Part shown: positions 12,956 through 25,728 of the stretch, one piece after another
Numbering within the stretch: the stretch's first letter is position 1
Layout: the number at the start of each line of letters is the position of its first letter
From: Octopus sinensis
Lineage: Eukaryota
Direction of reading: 5' to 3'
DNA: 64,000 bases
Assembly: GCF_006345805.1 (NCBI RefSeq)
Contig: NC_043006.1
Coordinates: 17,236,001 to 17,300,000, forward strand
Program-made: the position numbers and the translations under genes
The notes under the pieces: model-generated
Databases searched by the model: none
What the model was told of the DNA's origin: nothing
What the model saw: only the letters and a program-made list of their open reading frames with translations

Positions 12956-13689
12956 AAATATAACAAAGAATTTAGTAAAATAACTTAGTTATCATTCAGT
13001 TAGTGTTAGGAACATAAATTATGACGAAGGTTTGGTAGAAGATTTTAATTCAAAACTTATGAAAACAAGACATTTATACTACAGAGCCAGAGCTGGTTTC
13101 AGCTGGGTTGGTAACAAAAGGGTTAAACTGTATGGATAATAATATCTCTCTAAACAATTCTCTTATAAATCCTTCACAATGTCTTTGTTGAAAAGAAAAT
13201 CTTCTGCAATGATGTGCTGTATATATATTTAGCTTTTCTAATAATGACATGGATACAGGGCAGTATTGCTCTCAAATTTTGGTACAAGGCCAGCAAATTT
13301 GCAGGGAGTGGTAAGTCAAATCCATTGACCCCAATGCTCAACTGGTACTTATTTTATCGATCCTGAAAGGATGAAAAGCAAAACTGACCTTGGTGGAATT
13401 TGAACTCAGAACATAAAGATAGACGAAATGCTGTTAAGCATTTTGCCCAGTGTGCTAACCATTCTGCCAGCTCACCATCTTAATACTGAGCAATATTAGT
13501 ATCACTCAGTGACTGTCATTGAATTAGTTTTGAGAAATTCTATAGAAAGTTGCATGAAAACCCTTTTGTATTTGCGACTGACTAATTTACAAAATTTACA
13601 AGCAATTAAAACATTTCCTTACTCAAATTTAATTTTGTTTGGTTATTATTATGACAAACCTATTACAGGATCATTCTACTTTTGGCTTG

Positions 13690-14042
13690 TTCTGGCACTC
13701 TGTCGGTTATGACGACGAGGGTTCCAGTTGATCCGATCAATGGAACAGCCTGCTCATGAAATTAATGTGCAAGTGGCTGAGCACTCCACAGACATGTGTA
13801 GCCTTAACGTAGTTCTCGGGGAGATTCAGCGTGACTTGAAATACGACAGAAACAGGAAGAAGGAGTGAGAGAAAGTTGTGGTGAAAGAGTAAAGCAGGGA
13901 TCACCACCACCCCCTGCTGGAGCCTTGTGGAGCTTTAGGTGTTTTCGCTCAATAAACACTTGCAACGCCCGGTCTGGGAATCGAAACTGTGATCCTATAA
14001 CTGTGAGTCCACTGCCTTAATCACTGGGCCATTTCGCCTCCA
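13690..14042 (-). mobile_element. SINE family S3
   Basis: Reverse complement of the 6062-6446 family with an internal deletion. Confidence 0.85.
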
Positions 14043-14406
14043 CAATGTAAACTCTTAAAAAGTACCCCAAATTCTGTAAATTAATATCAGAGATGACCAG
14101 AAGATTTCGTATGTGTATTGTTGTGCTGGCAAAGGTTGGGCAGATGTTATGGCATCTTGCCTTTTGTCTACTGTCTTTTGTAATCTTGGAAACACAGCAG
14201 CAAAGAAATCTGTCCATCTTTGTTGTATATGTCATGTTCTATAGAATATTTTATTTTTTTTACCACATGCCTGTACTAAAGTAAAATGTAAATAAATGGG
14301 AATAATCAATCTTTTAGGGAAGAGAGAGAGTCACATATCATAAAATCAAAAAAACCTTAGATAAAGTGAGGTTATTTTTATCATTTTTTAAAAAATCTTT
14401 TTATAT

Positions 14407-14680
14407 CAGTGGTATCTAAACTTTTCTGGGCTGTCTCCCCTTGGCACCTGGGTCACATTCCTGGTGCCCCACTCATCGCCACAAACACAGACCACTTTCT
14501 AAAGCAAATTAAAAAAAAACATATTTCACAAATAAAACTAATTGACCCATTATTTTGTTGTTTTCACATCTACTGCCCCCTTTTGACCAAACCATTATTG
14601 CCCCACTTTTCTTGAATGCTCTTACCCACTGAGCTTTCCACTGCCCCAGAGGGCAGTACTGCACACTTTAGGGACCACTG
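14407..14680. mobile_element. Probable hAT-type MITE
   Basis: Termini CAGTGGT...ACCACTG; imperfect 8 bp flanks ttttatat/tttgagat; internal tgcccc repeats. Confidence 0.5.
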
Positions 14681-15609
14681 TTTGAGATGAGAGAAACTGG
14701 TGGATTGGAAGATTTATTCATATTATATCAAATTATTTATTCTGAAAACTTATCTTTCTTCAAGTGAGAGATAAATAAAGTATAGGAGTGAGTATTTTAC
14801 AAGCTAGATACCTGTTCAAACAGCAGCCACTCAGAAATAAAGGGAAGATAGTGTTGCTTCATCATCATCATCATTGTCATCATCATCACCACCACCACCA
14901 CTATCACAGCCAACACCAGCATCCACACCACCAGCATCATCCCCCCATCATCATCATCCCCATCACCACCACCATTTAAAGTATGTTTTCCATACTTGCA
15001 TTGGTTGAACTGTTGGACCTGACAGGTCCAAGGACTACATCATGCTCCAGTGTCTGCTTAGGCATGGTTTCTACTGTTGGATGCCCTTCCTTATGTCAAC
15101 CACTCTATCACATGTATTGGGTGCTTTTTTTCTCTTCATACCACTAACACTAGTGAACTTACCACACACCTTAAAAGACTATGACTCCCTGAGAGACGTG
15201 ACTTTACGCTGTAGAGGGGTTACTCACATTTCAGAAAAGAGAGTGTGGGTCATTGGGGAGAATGGCACAATTTGATCTTATGACCCTCAAATTGCCTGTC
15301 CAAAATCCAGTTAGCTCAGACAATATACTATTTTCCTGTTAGAGTTTCATTTTGTTGTCAACTTTAGTATTTATTTCAAGTTATATTTCGTGAGTACATT
15401 GATTTACAACTGCAATTACCGAAGATGAATATAACCTGGAACTTTATAAATAGATTCTTATGGAACAATTGAGGAATCATTCATGTATTGTCTCCATCCA
15501 TGATCCATCTTCTAAATGAGTCCATTTAATCCTATTGTTGTGTGGATATAAAAGAACTGGAGATGATGCACAGATACAACATACATACATAAATATGTAT
15601 ATGTATATA

Positions 15610-15677
<68 letters not shown>

Positions 15678-15752
15678 AGAGCCATAAGAGTGCAAACATT
15701 TCCTTTTGGATTTAATATACATCAGATAACAAAACTAATGGTGGCTAATATA

Positions 15753-16986
15753 TTGGGTCATCCCATAAATAATGCATTTTTATAAATTGCATGAACTAAA
15801 AGTCGGAGGGGAATGGGATAAACTACCTGCATCAACTTACTATAAAAGCAGGCAGTAATTTTACCTTGTTCTTAGTGCAGGTTTTGAAGAGTGCAGTTCA
15901 ATTTTAACAGTTATTTTTTTCAAAGCTATAATGGAAATGACAAAAGAGCATTTTCAGCATGTTTTGCTTTATGAATTCAATAAAGGCAACAACACAATAG
16001 AATATGCAAGGAATATTAACACAGTATATGGGGACCAGACAATAAGTGTAAGCCAGTGCCAACAGTGGTTCCAGGAATTCCGAGCCAGAAACTATAGCCT
16101 AGAAGATGAGCCTCATCCTGGAAGATCTGTAGAGCTAGACGAGAACATCCTGCAAAACCTGGTGGAGTAAAATCCCATTGTAACTGTTGAGGAATTAGCA
16201 GAGAAGCTTGGATTTGGTCATTCAACAATTCATCAATACTGGTGTACCATCAGAAAAGTCAGCAAACTGGGTCAATGGGTTCCTCACGAACTTTCCGAGT
16301 CTAATCACGTTCAGAGAGTGAATGTGTGCTCTTCTTTGTTGTCACGTCTCACAAATGAACATTTTTTGGACCAAATAGTGACTGGTGATGAGAAATGGGT
16401 TTTCTATAAAAATTTCAAGTGGGTAGGGAAAAGAGAACACTGGCACGCCAGGCTAAAGGAGGTCTTTACTCATGTAAGGAGTTGTTATCTGTTTGGTGGG
16501 ATATGAAAGGTTTAGTCCACTTTGAACTTTTAACCCAAACCATACAATAACAAAGGAGATCTGCTGTGAGCAGCTTGAGCAGCTTAAGTCAGTTGCTAGA
16601 AGAAAAACGATCATCTTTGGTTTCAAGACCATCTTTGGTGTTCTGCTTGGCCACATGCAGCGATGATGACCTTCCAAAGGCTGAAGCAGTTTCAATGGGA
16701 AACGATGCCCCACCCACCATATTCGCTGGACATTGCCCCATCTGATTATCATTTATTTCAGTCTTCAAAATCATTTGGACAGAAAAAATATGAATTCTGT
16801 CAGAACAGTACTGGAGGAGTATTTTTCTTAACAGACAAGTGAATTTTGGAAGTCTACCAGATAGATGGAAAAGCATTGTAGAAAATGAAAGAGAGTATGT
16901 TTTAGATTAAAAAAGAACTTTGTTTATCTTAATTTTGAAGAATAAATGAAGTATAAAAAAATTACATTATTTATAGGATGACCCAA
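15753..16986 (+). mobile_element. Full-length mariner DNA transposon (Hsmar1/cecropia-like); transposase is a pseudogene
   Basis: TIRs ttgggtcatcccataaataatg / cattatttataggatgacccaa flanked by TA; motifs EDEPHPGRS, WVPHEL, IVTGDEKW, HPPYSLDIAPSDYHLF; stops and frameshifts. Confidence 0.95.
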
Positions 16987-17285
16987 TATATTAATAATAT
17001 ATTTGTTACCAATAGTTAATTTTTTTCTCTCCCTGATGAGACAATCTCACCTTCTGTTTATTTTTATGAGGTTAATCAAACTTTATTGCTATTATTTAAA
17101 TGTTATGAATAATAATATCTCTTCAAACAATTCTATAATAAATCCATTACAATATCTTTATTGAAAAAAATATCCCCTGCAGCGAGAATATTTCTAATAT
17201 TTGTGTGGATACTGGACAATATTAACATCTCTCAGTGACTGTTATTGAATTAGTTTTGAGAAATTCTATAGAAAGTTGCATTTAA

Positions 17286-17505
17286 CCCTTTTGTTACCAA
17301 CCCAGCTGAAACCGGCTCTGGCTCCTTAGTATAAATGCCTTGTTTTCATAAGTTTTGAATTCAAAATTTCCACCAAATCTTAATAACAATTTATGTTCCT
17401 AACACTAGCTCAATGATAATGGTGTTATTTTACTAATTCTTTCTTATATTTAAAATAATTAGAAAAAACACAGAGCATCTCAAAATAAATACAGTAATGA
17501 AAGGG
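17286..17505. mobile_element. TTAA piggyBac-type MITE (opposite orientation)
   Basis: TTAA-CCCTTTTGTTACC...GAAAGGG-TTAA. Confidence 0.8.
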
Positions 17506-17820
17506 TTAATCTAAAAAAAAAAAAAGATATTACTGGAGTCAGTGTTAGCAACTATAGAAAAGAAACTCATCAAAATTGTGCTCCAGCATGGCAATGGTTT
17601 CATGACTGAAAAAAAGTAAAAGCGACAATGCATATCAGACAATTTTAACTCTTTTTATATCAACCCACCTGAGACCACACCTGGCTTAATGGTATAATCT
17701 ATTTTCTGTGAAGTGATCTCAGTTAAAGCTTTTTGCTATCAAGACGTCATGTTAATTTATGTTTCAAATAGCTTTACAATGACAAAATTATTTTACTAAA
17801 TTCTTCATCCTTTTCAAATA

Positions 17821-18230
17821 GGCGTAGGAGTGGCTGTGTGGTAAGTAGCTTGCTCACCAGCCACACGGTTCCGGGTTCAGTCCCACTGCGCAGCATCTTG
17901 GGCAAGTGTCTTCTGCTATAGCCTCGGGCCAACCAAAGCCTTGTGAGTGGATTTGGTAGATGGAAACTGAAAGAAGCCTGTCGTATATATGTATATATAT
18001 ATATATGCATGTGTGTGTGTTTGTGTGTCTGTGTTTGTCCCCCTAGCATTGCTTGACAACTGATGCTGGTGTGTTTACGTCCCCGTCACTTAGCGGTTCG
18101 GCAAAAGAGACCGATAGAATAAGTACTGAGCTTACAAAGAATAAGTCCCTGGGTCGATTTGCTCAACTAAAAGGCGGTGCTCCAGCATGGCCGCAGTCAA
18201 ATGACTGAAACAAGTAAAAGAGTAAAAGAG
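17821..18230 (+). mobile_element. SINE family S1, full length
   Basis: ggcgtaggagtggctgtgtggtaag...ggttcagtccc...gtaaaagagtaaaagag. Confidence 0.9.
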
Positions 18231-18691
18231 TAAATTAAGATGGAACACAAGCAGTGTATTTCAAGTGAAATATGATAATAAAACTGTTCTACCCTAATTG
18301 TTCCCAACTGGGGCAGGTGCTGCTGTGTGGTAAGAAGTTACCTTCTCAACCACATGGTTCAGGGTTCAATTCCACTGCATGGCACCTTGGGCAAGTGACT
18401 CATATTACAGCCTTAAGTCTACCAAAACCTTGTGAGTGGATTAGGTAGACAGAAACTGAAGAAGCCTGCTGTATATATATCTATGTATATCTATGTTTGT
18501 CTCCCAATGCCGCTTGCCAACTGGTGATGGTTTGTTTATACCCCCATTTTTTTGACAAAAAATTTACAGTGGTGCTCCAGCAGGGCCACAGTCTAATGAC
18601 CAAAACAAGGTAAAAAATTAACTGCTTAACACTGATTAAACAAACATCATATTTAACCAGTTTCTTATTTTCTTTTCATTTGCATTAACAG

Positions 18692-18808
18692 GTGAGCCCG
18701 GACATGGCTTATCGGATGGTGAATTTCCGTGAGGAAAGTGATGTCCATAAAAACATTTCAATATTTTCTTGGAATGATCGCCAGAATTCTGTGGAATCAA
18801 CGAAATTG
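18692..18808 (+). CDS. Candidate 117 nt phase 0-0 internal exon (VSPDMAYRMVNFREESDVHKNISIFSWNDRQNSVESTKL), gene unidentified
   Basis: Long pyrimidine tract plus aacag acceptor; gtgaga donor at 18809; only one frame open; length divisible by 3; non-repetitive, with higher GC than the flanks. Confidence 0.6.
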
Positions 18809-19141
18809 GTGAGACACCTTAATTACATTTAGTAGATATTCCTAATAATAATAACTCTGTGCAGTTTTACACAGTTCTCTTATGGCCGATAACTAGCCAT
18901 GATGTCTTTTTCTGTTCTCTGTTAATTCTTGTAGCTTACTCAGCTGTGGTGTAAGTATTAATCATTGCTAATGAACATGTAGACATATTTTTGTTTTATC
19001 TTTTCATTAATTTGCCTGTTAATTAGACTTTCTCAAAAATAATACATTTTTGTTTCATTTTATAGTATTTTTTGTCACATCTCACATTTGCTTGTGATTT
19101 CATAAAAGCATTCAAGAAAAACCCAAAAAAGCTTGTGTGTG

Positions 19142-19172
<31 letters not shown>

Positions 19173-19261
19173 TGCGCACATGTGTGCATGTATGTGTGTG
19201 TATCAATTTATGTGCGTATATGCATGTATATATGTATGTATCTAATATATATATATATGTA

Positions 19262-19293
<32 letters not shown>

Positions 19294-20234
19294 CATGTAT
19301 ATATGTGTATTTATCTAATAAATATATATATAATTATTATTATTAAAATATAATTTAGGGTATCTAAGAGATACTACCACGCTTGAAATAGCAGCCAAAA
19401 CTTGACTCTAAACCACATTAAAAGTTCATACAGCACCAGGTGTTGTATGATACCCTAAATTATAATTTTAATAATAATTATTACCTTTGAAGGCTTTTAT
19501 TCCCTTGCTGGCCACTTGATAAGTTCGATATTTAAATAACGATCTTATCCTTATTTATATATGTTTGTATGTATGTGTCATCTTGATTGTATTATACCCA
19601 TTTTTTTCTTCTGTGGGTATTGGATGCGGAAATATGTTGCCGCATGGCATCTTACCACTAAATGTGGTGCTACATCATCCAATACACAGAACAAGAGGGG
19701 GAAAAAACCACCCAACTTCCTTGTTGTTGAATAGGTCACATTTTTATACCTCATTAAAATGCTGGATGCTATTATTAGTATCAGCCACTTTCCAATATGT
19801 ATTGAATGCACAGCCATGTACTACTGACCTTGAAAAAAGCTAACTTCCATGATTAAAGATTTGCCACAATGTTGTTGTGTGTTTGTGTGTGTCTGTTTGA
19901 TATGTGTATTATATGTGATACTTATTTATATATATATATATATGTATATAGTTCAGCAACAATTTAGATTCAAATGAATATGGTACTTAATTTAGATGCA
20001 CCAGAATTTTGTATGGTGTTACCCATAAAAATATGTGGGGTGATTATAATAAAAAAAATAAGCAACAAGAATGAATCCGGTAATTTAGTACAATTGTTTC
20101 ATACTACAACATTTTATTAAAAGCTGTAAATATTACAGCAAATTTAAGATACTGAGTAATCTTCAGCTAATTGTATATATGTATATACATATACTTATTT
20201 ATATATATATTATATATACATGTATATATATACT

Positions 20235-20267
<33 letters not shown>

Positions 20268-20565
20268 ATATTTTTCCCTTGTTAACAATTAACATGGGAA
20301 AAATAGATGAATATGTATATCATAGCTATTATGTTAAACTGTTGTATGTCCAAATTTGACCAATTGCATTTTTTTTTCAAACTATTGTATCTCCAGCTGC
20401 TTCAGATGCCAAAATATGAAAATTGTCAAAGTACAGTAACCCATGCTTGCATGGAAAGCAGATGTTGATAGTGATGTAGTACAACGGTTTAGCATTTTTC
20501 ACAAGTGTAACTAGTCCTGCATACAACAGTTTTACAAAGATATTTCTGACTGAAAATATCATACA

Positions 20566-21197
20566 CTAGCAGTATCGCCCGGCGTTGCTCGGGTTTGTAA
20601 GGGAAATAACTATATAAGCATTTTTAGAGAGTTATAGCCAAAATATAGCAAAAAATGCATTAAAAATGGAAAAAATATGATGGTAAATTTTTTTTAAAAT
20701 CGTTGACTCATCGTAGACATTTTTAGAGAGTTACTTCCCTTATATAATAGCGAAAAAATGCATTAAAATGGAAAAAAAACGATGGTAAATTTTTTTTTAA
20801 ATCGTAGACTCATGTAGATGCTTCTTAGCCATTTCTGTTTTGGTGTCTTCAAGCCATGAAGTCGTTGTTCTAAAAGAACACTGGTCTCCTTGACAACGCA
20901 TTACGACGTTGATTTCCTTACACTCCCTTCCCCACAGGTGCAGGTGTGAGCGTGGACGCCAACTCCGCCGCCATCGACACACGAAAAATTATGCATTAAA
21001 ATGGAAAAAAAACGATGGTAAATTTTTTTAAATCGTAGACTCATCGTAGACGCGCGCTAATATTCAGACGGGCTCGATATGAATCACAACTATAAGCTAC
21101 CCGAATTTGGTTAAACTGTACCGCAAAATGTGGGAGTAGTTAGGAATCTAAATCAAGGGGACAGACACTCACACAACTACAGTTTTATATATATAGA
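20566..21197 (-). mobile_element. Non-autonomous Helitron
   Basis: Minus strand: A|TCTATATAT 5' end; subterminal hairpin cccgagcaacgccggg then CTAG|T 3' end; no TSD; 3' terminus shared with 59972-60360. Confidence 0.85.
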
Positions 21198-21199
21198 TA

Positions 21200-21625
21200 T
21201 ACATAGCGCAGTAGTGGTGAGATGTGACAGCAAAGAAAAGCATACATTCACTCTCTGCATGCAATTAGACTCGGAAAGTTCATGAGGAACCCATTGACCC
21301 AATTTGCTGACTTTTCCGATAGCACACAGGTGTCAATGAATGGTTGAATGACCAAATCCAAGCTTCTCTGCTAGTTCCTCAACAGTTACGATGATATTTT
21401 GTTCCACCAGGATTTTCAGGATGTCCTTGTCGAGTTCTACAGATCTTTCAGGATGAGGCTCGTCTTCTAGGCTGTAGTTTATGGCTCGGGATTTCTGGAA
21501 CCACCATTGACACTGCCTTACGCTTATTGTCCAATCCCCATATACTGCATTAATATTTCTTGTACTTTGCACACATTTATATTCTGTTATTCTTTTATAT
21601 GTTTCAGCCTTGAGGTTGTGGCCAT
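21200..21625 (-). pseudogene. Mariner transposase fragment, same family as 15753-16986
   Basis: RNINAVYGDWTISVRQCQWWF...LEDEPHPERS...AEKLGFGHSTIH, WVPHEL. Confidence 0.85.
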
Positions 21626-21632
21626 GCTGGAT

Positions 21633-21676
<44 letters not shown>

Positions 21677-21678
21677 TA

Positions 21679-21711
<33 letters not shown>

Positions 21712-21907
21712 ATGTATATATGTATATGTATGTGTGTGAACAATAATATTTTCAACAGATGTGTTGCAAATGTATCTGATTGTTCTCAAGCTTCAATACT
21801 GTGTGTGTGTGTGTGTGTGTGTATGTATATGTATGTATGTATGTATATGTATGTATGTATGTATGTGTGTATGTATGTATGTGTGTGTGTATGTATGTGT
21901 GTGTGTA

Positions 21908-21940
<33 letters not shown>

Positions 21941-22439
21941 ATGTATGTATGTATGTATGAGTGTATGTTTACTTTATTACTAATTACTCTCTTCCAAGAA
22001 CATTTTCACTCACTCTTAGCTCTTAGCTTCCCATACATTTTACTCATGTATCTATCAGCGTCATAGACAGAATACTTTCACTTTAGTCTTCCTCAAATCA
22101 CTCTGTCGCTATTTACTTTCATTTTATTCGTTGCCCACTGTGTGTGTGCGTTTGCGTGTGGTGTAAACCAGACTAAGAAAAGCATTTGACACACACACCA
22201 GAATGTGAGTTTTCTGTAAATTTTGCTTAATTGGAGTTTAAATTTTAAAAACTGGACCTGGCATGACGCGATGCATTGTACTCTTAAAACTGCTAGGTAA
22301 ATTGTAATTGAAGAAATCCTATATTGTAGATTTGTATAACTCCCAAAGGGAGGCAGATAAAATCTGCCTTTTATAATAAGAGATGCATGGAATTATGATT
22401 TTATGCACCCAACAAAGTATTATAGTTAAGCTGAAATTT

Positions 22440-23560
22440 TTGCTAATGTAAAAAGAAATGAAATGGTGAAAGTATTTTTTCATTTTCTGTAGAAGCAACG
22501 TTTTGGACTTACAACACTTTTGCATATGTGCTATGTGTCTAGGTTTATCTGATATTCTAATATAGGTTTATATATATTACTCAGTTTTTTATATTCATAT
22601 TTCTCTTTTTATTATTAAAAAATATCCAGAAAGAATAGTCATTTTTAACTGAATTCAGTTGCGAAATGAAAATTTTCATTTATATGACAAAAGAGTTTTC
22701 AAATTCCTTGAAGCTGTGTATCCTCAGAATATACAACCATCCAAATATGATCTCCATTTGTTAAATAAATATTTATGGAAGTTGATGTTGAGCCTCATTC
22801 CAGATTGTTTGTATATTTGAATCTCAAAGTATGCCATGACTAGATTAGCATAAGATGGAGCAACTTTTGTTCCCATAGTGGTCTGAGACATTTGTCAATA
22901 AATGTTGTCATTTAAGTTGAAATACTTTTTAGCAAAATGAGTTATATTCCTTCAATAATGAATAATTTTTTTCTATGCGTTTACGAATTTCCTTAGTAAA
23001 TTTCTCAAGTCAGAATTATATTACTTCTGATCTGCATTCATATGGCATTGTTCTATAGAGACTTACTGCAGCAGATGAGACAGTGAGACTGTCTTTCTTT
23101 ACTTTTTACAGGAGATGGTTTAACAAATCTATGTCATCTCCTAAGAAACTTGGTGTGTGTTTTTTAATACATTATCAACAGAATATCTGAAAATCACCAA
23201 GTCTGTGAGTTGTACCTGACGGGCCAGTAACAGTTGGTTTTAAGTTTAGATCATTAGGGTGTGGTATGTTAATACACAGTGAAAATGATTATTTATAGGT
23301 ATTTTGATTGGATTTTGGGGATTTTATAAAAGTTACTGGTTATATAGTCAATGATCATTTACTACTCACATTCCTTATCAGTTAAACCTTTTCAGAATAG
23401 ATTAGTTTCTTAATTGTTCTTGATTATTTGCTATTTTTTTTTGTAAGAGGTGTCATCTTGCAGTAAAGATAATTTAGTATTTTTGTAATATCGAAAATCC
23501 ATAATGACTGCAGTACTTACTTTATCTATTTCTTAAATTACAATGTGATTATTGTTCTAC
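22440..23560 (-). mobile_element. Highly decayed Penelope-like element (PLE) reverse transcriptase remnant
   Basis: Minus-strand motifs in correct order: DKVSTAVIMD (ADKG..V), FYKIPKI (FY.LPKIHK), LKPTVTGP (RPIV), TTMGTKVAPSYANLVM (G.AMG...AP.YAN), WRSYLDG (RYxDD), LFFLDI (PFLD). Confidence 0.75.
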
Positions 23561-24029
23561 AGTTCATAGATAATTTGACACTGTCTTTAACTGGTGTTTA
23601 ATTAGAAATTTGTGTGTGGCAGTTCATTATATGGAGAGGTGATTAAATAAAAAAAAAAAACTACTCTGCTCCAACACACTCTCAGCTAACCCATGCAGGC
23701 ATGGTAGACTAGATGGTAAAACGATGATGATGATGATGATGATGGTTATTAGGAGCAAGATGTTAAGGAAGATTATTGTTTAAGCCATGAGCTGGCAGAA
23801 TTTAACAATTCTGCTAGCTCATGGCTCACAGAATTGTCACTAAAAATGTTTAACTGTATTTCCTTTTTGACTCATATATTCTGAGTTTAAATTCTGATGA
23901 AGCCATATTTGCCTTTCATACTTTTGATAAAATAAATATCAACCAAGTACGGGTGGTGGGAGTCAATGCTATCAACTCCTCCTCCCCTCAAAATTGCTGG
24001 CCTTGTACCAAAATAAGAAAGAATTATCA

Positions 24030-24070
<41 letters not shown>

Positions 24071-24228
24071 AGTTTTTCTTCCTTTAAATCTGTTTACACT
24101 TCTTGCCGATATCTTCCTGATGCTTAGGGCTAAGAAACTCCCTGTATACATTAACAGGCCATTAAGATAACCTCATGAACAAAATAATAATTTCTTTTAT
24201 GTAAATATAAAAAAATCATTTACAAGTA

Positions 24229-24637
24229 GGCATAGGAGTGGCTGTGTGGTAAGTAGCTTGCTTACGAACCACATGGTTCCGGGTTCAGTCCCACTGCGGG
24301 GCACCTTGGGCAAGTGTCTTCTACTATAGCCTCGGGCTGACTAAAGCCTTGTGAGTGGATTTGGTAGATGGAAACTGAAAGAAGCCCGTCATATATATGT
24401 ATATAAATATGTGTGTGTGTGTATATGTTTGTGTGTCTGTGTTTGTCACCCCAACATCACTTGACAACTGATGGTGGTGTGTTTACGTCCCTGTAACTTA
24501 GCGGTTCGGCAAAAGAGACCAATAGAATAAGTACTAGGTTTTCAAAGAATAAGTCCTGGGGTCGATTTGTTCGACTAAAGGTGGTGCTCCAGCATGGCTG
24601 CAGTCAAATGACTGAAACAAGTAAAAGAGTAAAAGAG
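24229..24637 (+). mobile_element. SINE family S1
   Basis: Full-length copy. Confidence 0.88.
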
Positions 24638-24644
24638 AGAGATA

Positions 24645-24686
<42 letters not shown>

Positions 24687-24741
24687 TATTATTATTATTA
24701 TTAATTATTATTATTATTATTATTATTTATTATTATTATTA

Positions 24742-24776
<35 letters not shown>

Positions 24777-25316
24777 GAAAAGGTTTGGGGATTTTCTAAT
24801 AGAATTGTTTCATTACCTAAATATTCTGGAATAAATAGTTTTTGTATTCTTGATAATTATAAATTTGGCTTTTTGGGTACATGTTTTGTCTTTTAAGTAT
24901 GCAGTTTGTAGGGTTGTCTTTTCTTCATGACTGGATTATTTGTATTAATGGATTATCTATATCAGTGATTTAAAATTCAGTTCTGTATTTACTGAACTAG
25001 ATGACACTTTTTGTCCCTGCTCTAAAGTGTTATTTTTTCCTTCATTTCTGCAATTTTCTTACCAAAATTTAAAGGTATTCACATAGAGTGGTATTATATA
25101 GTAATTAAAGGACTGTCAAACCAACTGATTGATGGATAGGTTGACTCATCAAATGAGTAGTGAAGTAATCAAGTAGTTAATTGGTTAATTTCTTTATTAA
25201 TTGATTAGTAATAATAATAATGATGAAAAGAGGTACAGTGTGTGTATGCTTTTAATGGCAAAAATGATCCACCCAAGATAAACAGCTTCTATTTTGATAT
25301 GGTTTTATATTAAAAC

Positions 25317-25351
<35 letters not shown>

Positions 25352-25505
25352 TCACTGGTAGCATCAGTGATACTTGGTACCACTGGGAGATGTGATACAG
25401 TTGATCTAAAATCAACAGTTTGTAAACAGAGAACCCTGCAGTGCAAGCTACAGGTAAACTGTGTGTGTATACATGAGTATGCATGTCTGTATGTGTGTAT
25501 GTATG

Positions 25506-25543
<38 letters not shown>

Positions 25544-25728
25544 TATATATATATGTATGTATGTATGTGTATATTATATATACACACATGCACACAAACA
25601 TATATCCATATTAATGTGTGTATTTGTATGTGTGTAGCACTTATAAGTAGATGCTTGTGTGTGTATAATCATTGTTATATATATATATATTCATATGCAG
25701 GAGTGTGTATATATATATATATATATTA

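Larger units (their letters stand above)
12682..13122. mobile_element. TTAA-flanked piggyBac-type MITE, interrupted by a hammerhead element
   Basis: TTAA-CCCTTT...AAAGGG-TTAA termini; uninterrupted copies at 17286-17505, 54938-55158 and 55424-55643. Confidence 0.85.
11601..17281 (+). repeat. Old tandem duplication (copy 1 ~11601-13556, copy 2 ~15261-17281) with copy-specific TE insertions
   Basis: Collinear shared blocks: aatggcacaatttgatctta; 12179-12475 vs 15304-15580; ccctgatgagacaatctcac; ttgaattagttttgagaaattctatagaaagttgcat. Confidence 0.9.

Noticed and set aside
23112-23152. Plus-strand exon candidate after tttttacag
   Set aside because: Lies inside the minus-strand PLE fossil and has a weak donor
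24110-24152. ctgatgc-ttag-gg-ctaa-gaaac hammerhead-like string
   Set aside because: A9 is missing, the loop is only 2 nt, and stem I does not pair
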